Assembly (NCBI GenBank): GCA_051294375.1
Contig: CM119266.1
Location: 8,740,827 to 8,747,076, forward strand
From: Paraspadella gotoi
Taxonomy: Eukaryota; Animalia; Chaetognatha
Direction: 5' to 3'
DNA length: 6,250 nucleotides
This document shows positions 1-5,846 of the stretch, in pieces; position 1 is the first letter of the stretch; every line of letters starts with the position of its first letter. The notes below the pieces were generated by a model that was given only the letters and a program-made list of their open reading frames with translations, did not search any database and was not told the origin of the DNA. The translations under genes were made by a program, and so were the position numbers.

Positions 1-74
1 TCATTCCTTCTCTCATTCCTTCCATCCTTCATTCATTCCTTCCCTCCCTCATTCATTTATCTCTTCCCTTTCAG

Positions 75-229
75 CCTTCCCTACTCCCTCGGACTCCTCG
101 CCCCGCTCAAATCCCTCTCTCTCGACGGGAACGCCCTCCGCGGAATTCGTCGCGACGTCATCGCGAGAGGAACTTTCGAGTTGAAGAAGTTTTTGAGGAG
201 TCGACTCGAAGAGGCCGCCCCCGCAGATG
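75..229 (+). CDS. LRRC40: LRRC40-like leucine-rich repeat protein, internal exon A (gene starts upstream of the window)
   Basis: Pyrimidine tract plus AG at 73-74. Translates LPYSLGLLAPLKSLSLDGNALRGIRRDVIARGTFELKKFLRSRLEEAAPAD, matching human LRRC40 [43 protein letters not shown] as recalled. GT donor at 230-231 (phase 1) fits the next exon. Confidence 0.88.
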
Positions 230-288
230 GTTGTTGTCGTTGTTGTTGTCACGTGATTAATGCCCTAAGTGGGCTCTAGTTAAGAATA

Positions 289-470
289 TTGGCCTTATTT
301 TCCCAGAACGCCCCTTTCCATCTTAAATTTGAAATTAGGTTAATTTTATAAGTTAAAGATTAGGTTAGAGGTTAGAGGTTATGGATTAGAATTCGGGTTT
401 AAGGTTACGCATTAGGGTTAGAAATTAAGGATAAATAATTAGGTCAAGGTTAGGGATTAAAGTTAGCGGT
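289..470. mobile_element. Small intronic interspersed repeat (MITE-like end plus degenerate TTAGGG-type hexamers), copy A
   Basis: 289-333 matches the reverse complement of 1971-2015 at 38/45 nt. 439-465 (TTAGGTCAAGGTTAGGGATTAAAGTTA) resembles the reverse complement of 1869-1895. The interior is rich in TTAGGT/TTAGAG/TTAGGG/TTAAGG. Confidence 0.55.
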
Positions 471-547
471 TGTTATATATATATATTTAGGTTAAATATT
501 AAAATTATGTTTTTTTAAAATTTTGGTCATAAATTTTTTACTTTCAG

Positions 548-692
548 TTACCGACACTACAAGCGTCAAAAAGGGGTCAACCACGACCTCAGCTACGACC
601 ACAACGACGACGACGCCCACGGCATCTGAATTTAGAACCGATAACCAAATCGACGTTTTTACTGTAAAATCATCCAAAATTCTAAACTTTAG
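548..692 (+). CDS. LRRC40: LRRC40-like, internal exon B (Thr-rich linker and start of second LRR block)
   Basis: TTTCAG acceptor ending at 547, phase 1. Reads (V)TDTTSVKKGSTTTSATTTTTTTPTASEFRTDNQIDVFTVKSSKILNF(S); donor AG|GTTAAA at 693. KILNFS corresponds to human KILDYS. Confidence 0.8.
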
Positions 693-715
693 GTTAAACA
701 TTTGTATTTCTCTGT

Positions 716-1057
716 CAATCCAAATGGGAGAACAAATTTTTATAACTCNNNNNNNNNNNNNNNNNNNNNNNNNNNNNNNNNNNNNNNNNNNNNNNNNNNN
801 NNNNNNNNNNNNNNNNNNNNNNNNNNNNNNNNNNNNNNNNNNNNNNNNNNNNNNNNNNNNNNNNNNNNNNNNNNNNNNNNNNNNNNNNNNNNNNNNNNNN
901 NNNNNNNNNNNNNNNNNNNNNNNNNNNNNNNNNNNNNNNNNNNNNNNNNNNNNNNNNNNNNNNNNNNNNNNNNNNNNNNNNNNNNNNNNNNNNNNNNNNN
1001 NNNNNNNNNNNNNNNNNNNNNNNNCAATCCAAATGAGAGAACAAATTTTTATAACTC
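716..1057. repeat. 33-bp direct repeat flanking a 276-N gap
   Basis: 716-748 CAATCCAAATGGGAGAACAAATTTTTATAACTC and 1025-1057 CAATCCAAATGAGAGAACAAATTTTTATAACTC differ at one base and abut the gap 749-1024 exactly. Confidence 0.9.
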
Positions 1058-1093
1058 TTTCTCTCTCTCTCTATTTCTCTCTCTCTCTCTTAG

Positions 1094-1217
1094 CGAAAAG
1101 AAATGCAGCCGCCTTCCAGAGGAAATCGTGGAGGAATTGAATCAAACGGATCTTCAGTCCATCGATCTTTCCAAAAATCAGTTCACGGAATTTCCAGACA
1201 ACCTCTTTCATTGGAAG
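1094..1217 (+). CDS. LRRC40: LRRC40-like, internal exon C
   Basis: (CT)n tract plus TAG acceptor at 1091-1093, phase 2. Reads EKKCSRLPEEIVEELNQTDLQSIDLSKNQFTEFPDNLFHWK, compare human [34 protein letters not shown]. Donor AAG|GT at 1218. Confidence 0.88.
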
Positions 1218-1222
1218 GTCCG

Positions 1223-1246
1223 ATCAATCAATCAATCAATCAATCA
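1223..1246. repeat. (ATCA)6 microsatellite, continuing in degenerate form to about 1480
   Basis: Direct reading of six ATCA units, with scattered AATCAATC motifs through the rest of the intron. Confidence 0.9.
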
Positions 1247-1488
1247 AAAATCATTTTTTATTTAAGTAAGAAGTAAATTAACTAATCAGTTATTGGATTA
1301 TTGGATAATATAATATATAAATCGGCATTTAATAAATGGATATAAATTAATAAAAGAATGAATCAAAGTAAATCATTCAAACAATCAATTTTCGTAATCA
1401 AAAGTTATTCAACTCAATCCTTTGTCAATTAATAAAAGGAACAATCAATCATTCAGTCTATCAATCAAATCAATCAAATCTTTTTCAG

Positions 1489-1612
1489 TCTTCTCTCACC
1501 TCTCTCAACTTGGGATGGAACCGCCTTTCCTCTTCCTTCTCTTCTTCTGTCTCTGCCTTCGTTCGTCTTCGAAGCCTCGATCTTCGCAACAACCAACTTT
1601 CTTCACTCCCTG
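1489..1612 (+). CDS. LRRC40: LRRC40-like, internal exon D
   Basis: TTTTTCAG acceptor ending at 1488, phase 0. Reads SSLTSLNLGWNRLSSSFSSSVSAFVRLRSLDLRNNQLSSLP, with two LxxLxLxxNxL motifs (human LTFLDLRNNFLNSLP). Canonical G|GTAAGT donor at 1613. Confidence 0.9.
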
Positions 1613-1662
1613 GTAAGTTCCAGTGGTGAGGTTCGTGGGGTTGAGGGGGAAATGGACATAGA

Positions 1663-2015
1663 GGCTGTCTTTTCCAAAAGTGCCCCTTTTCTGTTTTTTT
1701 AATTCCTGAATTTAATTTTAACCTTAATATAATTTAATTTTTCTAACCTTAACCTATTCCTTAATCCTAATCCTAAGCCCTATCAGTAATTATTAACCTT
1801 ATTCCATAACCTTAAGCCCTAATCTTAATTTCTGGCAAGGGGACACAGAAAATATGGATAATAATCCTTAACTCTATCCCTAACCCTTGACCTAATCCAT
1901 AANNNNNNNNNNNNNNNNNNNNNNNNNNNNNNNNNNNNNNNNNNTCTTTATTCTTTAAAAATATTTTATTTCCGAATTTAAGACGAAATGGGGCGTTTTA
2001 GGAAAATAAGGCCAA
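1663..2015. mobile_element. MITE-like intronic element(s) with imperfect terminal inverted repeats and internal CCCTAA/CCTTAA-like hexamers
   Basis: Left end GGCTGTCTTTTCCAAAAGTGCCCCTTTTC (from 1663) versus reverse complement of right end GGCCTTATTTTCCTAAAACGCCCCATTTC (to 2013): 22/29 identical. A further degenerate end lies at about 1831-1857. No clean target-site duplication; contains a 42-N gap (1903-1944). Confidence 0.5.
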
Positions 2016-2045
2016 CTTGAGTCTTCCTTTTTTTTTCTCTCTCAG

Positions 2046-2143
2046 AGGAGATGTCGGCCTTGATTCAACTTCAGGAAATTGTTTTGTCTGTAAATAGATT
2101 CACCGCCATTCCCTCGGTTCTGTATCGTCTTGAAACGATCGAG
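2046..2143 (+). CDS. LRRC40: LRRC40-like, internal exon E (last exon visible; C-terminal exons not in window)
   Basis: T/C tract plus CAG acceptor ending at 2045, phase 1. Reads EEMSALIQLQEIVLSVNRFTAIPSVLYRLETIE, compare human [33 protein letters not shown]. Donor GAG|GTTAGT at 2144. Confidence 0.9.
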
Positions 2144-2155
2144 GTTAGTATATAT

Positions 2156-2255
2156 NNNNNNNNNNNNNNNNNNNNNNNNNNNNNNNNNNNNNNNNNNNNN
2201 NNNNNNNNNNNNNNNNNNNNNNNNNNNNNNNNNNNNNNNNNNNNNNNNNNNNNNN
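2156..2255. other. Assembly gap of exactly 100 N (conventionally of unknown length)
   Basis: Counted 100 N; it separates the incomplete LRRC40 gene from the J-domain gene. Confidence 0.9.
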
Positions 2256-2475
2256 ACATACTGGGAAAAGTTTTATAGGGGAACCTTATTTTTCGAATGT
2301 AATTTTAAAGGTTGCATGTTCTATATGTTCGTCCACAAGGTCATCATATCATTTTACTTCCTGGACAAAACCGCCCTTTAAATTTTGCGCTTACAATTTT
2401 TTAAAATCTCGTTTTTTTTACTAAATTATTTAATTCTTATCCTTTTTATTTTAATTTCTTATATCGTTCGACGCC

Positions 2476-3039
2476 ATGTCCAAAAACCTCTACGCGGTGT
2501 TGGGCGTGTCCCGCGACGCCGACGACGAAGAATTACGCTCGTCGTTTCGTCGCCAGTCGCTCCAGTGGCATCCGGCGACGAATCAAGACCGGCGCTCCGA
2601 AGCGAGGCGCCGCTTCCTCGAAGTCTCCGCCGCCTTTCGGACCCTTTCCGACGCCGAGATTCGAAGGAGCTACGACGCCTACTTGGACTCCAAGGACGGC
2701 GTCGGCGGCGTCGATTGGAGCGTCGGCAGCGATGTCGGCAGCGAAGTCGGAAGCGATATCGGTAGCGACACCGCCGACGCCGACATCGCCGCCTCCGGAA
2801 TACACTGCGGAGAACGCCTCTTCGAATTCGATTCCGTCTGCAACGAGAGCGCGAGGGTGCCTAAATATTGGAAGGCGCCGTTAACCAGCGCCGCCTGCTT
2901 TTGGAGCGACGTGGCTTCGCCCATTCAGGCGCCGCGACGCCGGATTCTTTCCTGCCCCGTGCGGCGCCAGAGAGATGGCGCTGATGGAACCAACGCTTTT
3001 AGAAATGAAAAGAGAATTACTGCGGCTCGAACCAGGTAG
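2476..3039 (+). CDS. DnaJ/J-domain-like protein with non-canonical HPA motif (187-aa ORF; probably exon 1 ending at 3035)
   Basis: GCCATG start context and a GC-rich ORF. The N-terminus NLYAVLGVSRDADDEELRSSFRRQSLQWHPATNQDRRSEARRRFLEVSAAFRTLSDAEIRRSYD follows the J-domain consensus (YxxLGV...YRxxAxxxHPD...FxxIxxAYxxLSDxxxRxxYD). The stop codon overlaps a possible donor CAG|GTAGAT at 3036. Confidence 0.85.
   Translation: MSKNLYAVLGVSRDADDEELRSSFRRQSLQWHPATNQDRRSEARRRFLEVSAAFRTLSDAEIRRSYDAYLDSKDGVGGVDWSVGSDVGSEVGSDIGSDTADADIAASGIHCGERLFEFDSVCNESARVPKYWKAPLTSAACFWSDVASPIQAPRRRILSCPVRRQRDGADGTNAFRNEKRITAARTR
2722..2769 (+). repeat. Coding 12-bp tandem repeat x4 (VGSD-VGSE-VGSD-IGSD)
   Basis: GTCGGCAGCGAT GTCGGCAGCGAA GTCGGAAGCGAT ATCGGTAGCGAC, in frame just after the J-domain. 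Confidence 0.85.
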
Positions 3040-3175
3040 ATTAATTTATCGAGTTTGTTAATGGCGGCTCACAACAGTGCTCTCTCTAACAAATAACAAT
3101 GGCAAAGCGTGCGCAACTGCGCATATTCCATGGTATTTTGTATGTTGGTTTCCCTTCATTGGCATTTCGTGACAG

Positions 3176-3323
3176 TACCATTGACGATAACAACAACGAC
3201 AGTTACAACAACAACGAACAACCAACGCTCACGCCCACGGGGTCCATTGAAGAAAGCGGGAGGATCAAGTGCTTGCTCCAGAGGACGAGAAAGAAGGAGC
3301 AAGCAGTATATTTTTTATATTAG
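3176..3323 (+). CDS. Candidate proximal terminal exon of the J-like gene (hydrophilic tail)
   Basis: CAG acceptor at 3173-3175 after a T-rich tract. A phase-2 join to the donor at 3036 gives (S)TIDDNNNDSYNNNEQPTLTPTGSIEESGRIKCLLQRTRKKEQAVYFLY*. AATAAA at 3393-3398. No homology recognised. Confidence 0.3.
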
Positions 3324-3547
3324 ACAAGAAAAAAAGGACATGCTTCGGCTTTGATTCAATCCTTCTTTGCGCATTTTTAAATTTTATCGTGTAATAAAAA
3401 ACTATATTCTGCCGTTGTTGTAATTATATAAATTATAAAACTATTGTAGAGGTACATTTATTAGCAATGATACAATATTAGAGACATGTTGTTACAATGA
3501 GAAATCGTGAGAGAACTAAAGGTAGAGAGCGCGGCACTGATCAAGTA

Positions 3548-3594
3548 AGAGAGAGAGAGACAGACAGAGAGAGAGAGAGAGAGCGCGAGAGAGA
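3548..3594. repeat. (GA)n microsatellite, interrupted
   Basis: Direct reading: GA runs interrupted by CAGACA and GCGC. Confidence 0.9.
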
Positions 3595-3828
3595 TCAGAT
3601 CAGTAGCCGGCTTCCCGAGCGACCACCGAACAGAGTGGCCAACTGGGGTCAAATCCGTGGCGACGAAAACGTCGTCGCCACACTATTTTCTAAAAAGTTT
3701 ACAAGGAAACATTGTTACTAAAAATTCCGTTACGTTTGCTAATGTTCGCTTTATGATTACAATAGGGTATACCCTTAAAAAACACCACCATTTCGCCTCT
3801 CCACCGCCATCTGTCTTTCTTCCCTCAG

Positions 3829-4135
3829 ACGCAACCGCGCCTACATTCATCTCGGCGATCGAACTTTGAGCGCCGGCGCCTCGCTCGAATCAAGAGAGTC
3901 TTTCTACGCCGACGAAGAATTCCTCCTAAATAAAGACGCCGGCAACAACAACAACAACAACCACGGGGAAAGCGTCCTCGAGGGTGCCGCAGAGAAAGTG
4001 GACGACGGCGGCGGCGGCGGCGGCGGCTGCTGCCGCCGCTTTCGGATTCCGGAAATTCTCTCTCTCGTTTTCTTCTGCTGTTTTCTCGCTTCCATCGTCA
4101 CGTGGAATGTTGAGTTTTCGTTTTGGTCGAAATGA
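3829..4135 (+). CDS. Terminal exon encoding a C-terminal transmembrane (tail-anchor-like) segment; probably belongs to the J-like gene
   Basis: Strong acceptor CTGTCTTTCTTCCCTCAG ending at 3828, phase 2, compatible with the donor at 3036. GC-rich open frame RNRAYIHLGDRTLSAGASLESRESFYADEEFLLNKDAG(N)6HGESVLEGAAEKVDD(G)7CCRRFRIPEILSLVFFCCFLASIVTWNVEFSFWSK*. AATAAA at 4176-4181. Confidence 0.6.
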
Positions 4136-4659
4136 AAAAAAAAAAGAAAACAGAAGCTTGTTTTTTTTACCCATCAATAAATGCATACCAGGTTCATTAA
4201 TATACTTGTTTCCTTCTTTGCCCTTAACTTTTTTTACAATATTGTTTTTATACTATCTAGGTAAAAAGTATATCACATAATTCTTGAAAATTTTATTTAT
4301 TCAATAAAAAATATACAAAATATGAGTAAAATATTCTCAAAATTTGGTGTGCCTTCCCTTGGCATCAACTACAGTCTACATTTGCTTGTGCATGCTCTAA
4401 TACAGCAAATTGAGGTATGACAGTGAAATGTTTTTCCATACCTTTAACGCGATTTTTTTTAGCCCTACCGCCAATGTTATATATTATTCTCTCTTTTCTG
4501 AAAGCTATAATGATACTTTTATGAACAAAAAAAGTTGCGCTGCCTTTGGAATTCCTAATTTAAAAAAAATTATAAAAGTAAATAACTCAATTTGAACTAA
4601 AAACGATGCGTATTAACTTTCCTTTTCTTTGCGTTTAGAATTTAAAGAATAGCAGTTAG

Positions 4660-4721
4660 AGTTTAGATAAAAAACGCTGATGAAGACTAACTGGCAGAGT
4701 CGAAACATGTCCGACTAAACT
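4660..4721 (+). ncRNA. Type I hammerhead ribozyme (minimal metazoan/Penelope-type with palindromic stem III)
   Basis: Core CTGATGA 4677-4683 plus extra A 4684. Stem II GACT 4685-4688 / AGTC 4698-4701 with a 9-nt loop. GAAA 4702-4705, ACATGT palindrome 4705-4710, GTC cleavage triplet 4709-4711. Stem I: CG 4675-4676 / CG 4712-4713, internal loop, AGTTTAG 4660-4666 / CTAAACT 4715-4721. Confidence 0.85.
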
Positions 4722-5254
4722 GTCCAAATTTAATTTGTTGATAAACAATTCAAAAATTGCTTTTCTCTAAAAATTAAAAACAAATATTTTAATACTAAAA
4801 ATAGTATAAAATTTAATATAATTTTTTTTGCCATTTTTTATTTAGGTAACAATTTTTTTTGCTTATAACTTCTAAATGATTTGACCTACAAAAAAATAGA
4901 AGGTAGCTACTGAAAAAAAATTTATTATAAATACTAAAACATTTTAATTTTTTAAAAATCAAATAAGCTTTTGAATAGATATCCTCCACTAAAATGTGAT
5001 ATACTTTTTTCCTAGATGGTACGGTGTAACCTGTTACACTTTAGAAGGAGAATTATATTCAAATTTTAATAAGCGATGGTCATTAATGAATTTCACAAAT
5101 TAAATTTCGAGGGGGAGAAAAAAGAACATTGAGAGAAAGGAGAGAAACGTGGCAATTTGATCACTTTGCCACGGCTGCGCAACGGATCCATTTTTCTAGT
5201 TTTTCGTCATCAACATCATCATCCTTGTAGCCGTCGTCGTCGTCGTCGTCGTCT

Positions 5255-5353
5255 TCAGTGATCGAGCAGAGGGACGTCGTCGTCTTCTTCCTCCAAAACT
5301 TCTTTGTAAGATCGAGCGATCATCGTGTTGAGATCCACTTCGATGGGAAAGAC
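5255..5353 (-). CDS. PICK1: PICK1 (protein interacting with C kinase 1) terminal exon, acidic C-tail
   Basis: Minus-strand acceptor TTTCCCATCTCTCACCTTTAGCAG. Translates VFPIEVDLNTMIARSYKEVLEEEDDDVPLLDH*. VFPIEVDL is identical to the human PICK1 motif after the BAR domain as recalled, and is followed by an acidic stretch. Confidence 0.9.
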   Translation of the reverse strand, partial: VFPIEVDLNTMIARSYKEVLEEEDDDVPLLDH

Positions 5354-5726
5354 CTGCTAAAGGTGAGAGATGGGAAATCGGGTCACCTGCCATCTATTGG
5401 CCTGTAGTCACAGGACAATGACTGCTCATCTTTCATCTACTATTTAGCAATAGATTAATTTATTTTCTTCACGATGTCCCGGGTCCCTGTCGGTATATAT
5501 CAAATTTAACTAAAAGTAATTCAACTTGCCAGATAAAATTTCGCTATCATTGGCTGAACTTTGTGACGTTGCTGTATTTCTAATACTATTAGGGTCATAT
5601 TTTTTCAGCATCATAATTTTCGATACTTTGAATTTGACATTAGTAATACATTTCAAAAAGTCCCGCAGACTTTCTCCTCCTGCATCTTCTTGCCTCTTCC
5701 CTCCCCTCCCTCCCGTTTTTCCTCGC

Positions 5727-5846
5727 CTGCGTCTCGCTCAAGGCCTTGACGTCGCTGGCCGTCTCCGTCTCGAGACTCGCCACGAACTGCTGGAGGATGT
5801 TGACGAAGTATTCCACGTGCTTCGACTCCAGCAACTCCAGCTTCAC
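5727..5846 (-). CDS. PICK1: PICK1 penultimate exon, end of the BAR/arfaptin-homology domain (earlier exons lie beyond the window)
   Basis: Acceptor TTTCTTTCTTCTCCGTCCAAG. Reads VKLELLESKHVEYFVNILQQFVASLETETASDVKALSETQ, compare human EKMELLDQKHVQDIVFQLQRLVSTMSKYYNDCYAVLRDAD. Donor CAG|GCGAGG (GC type). Confidence 0.85.

Noticed and set aside
49-252. Minus-strand 67-aa ORF, and similar shadow ORFs at 492-701, 2533-2805, 2679-2924, 3904-4101, 3926-4186 and 5526-5897
   Set aside because: They are antisense shadows of real or probable exons; their homopolymer runs come from trinucleotide repeats.
335-470. True telomere or chromosome-fusion relic
   Set aside because: The hexamers are highly degenerate, intronic and tied to an interspersed repeat terminus.
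716-1057. CRISPR-like 33-bp direct repeats
   Set aside because: Only two copies, separated by an assembly gap inside a eukaryotic intron, with no spacers or cas genes.
523-1265. Long ORFs running through N stretches
   Set aside because: Artefacts of translating gaps; only the exon portions are supported.
2385-2765. 126-aa Arg-rich ORF overlapping the J-domain ORF
   Set aside because: Alternative frame of a CGA/CGC-rich coding exon, with a non-ATG start and no recognisable domain.
2981-2992. CTGATGG as a second hammerhead core
   Set aside because: Core mismatch, no stem II-GAAA arrangement, and it lies inside a coding exon.
4410-4595. 61-aa ORF upstream of the ribozyme
   Set aside because: AT-rich, non-ATG start and no RT or endonuclease motifs; most likely chance.
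5024-5039. Inverted repeat GTGTAAC-CT-GTTACAC
   Set aside because: Only 7-bp arms, a spacer too short for a hairpin loop, and half-site orientation opposite to an RFX X-box.
5205-5232. FLAG-tag-like peptide (GYKDDDVDD) on the minus strand
   Set aside because: It is not DYKDDDDK and has no vector context; low-complexity coincidence.
5196-5393. 65-aa minus-strand ORF from the track
   Set aside because: Wrong frame; the PICK1 VFPIEVDL frame explains this region.
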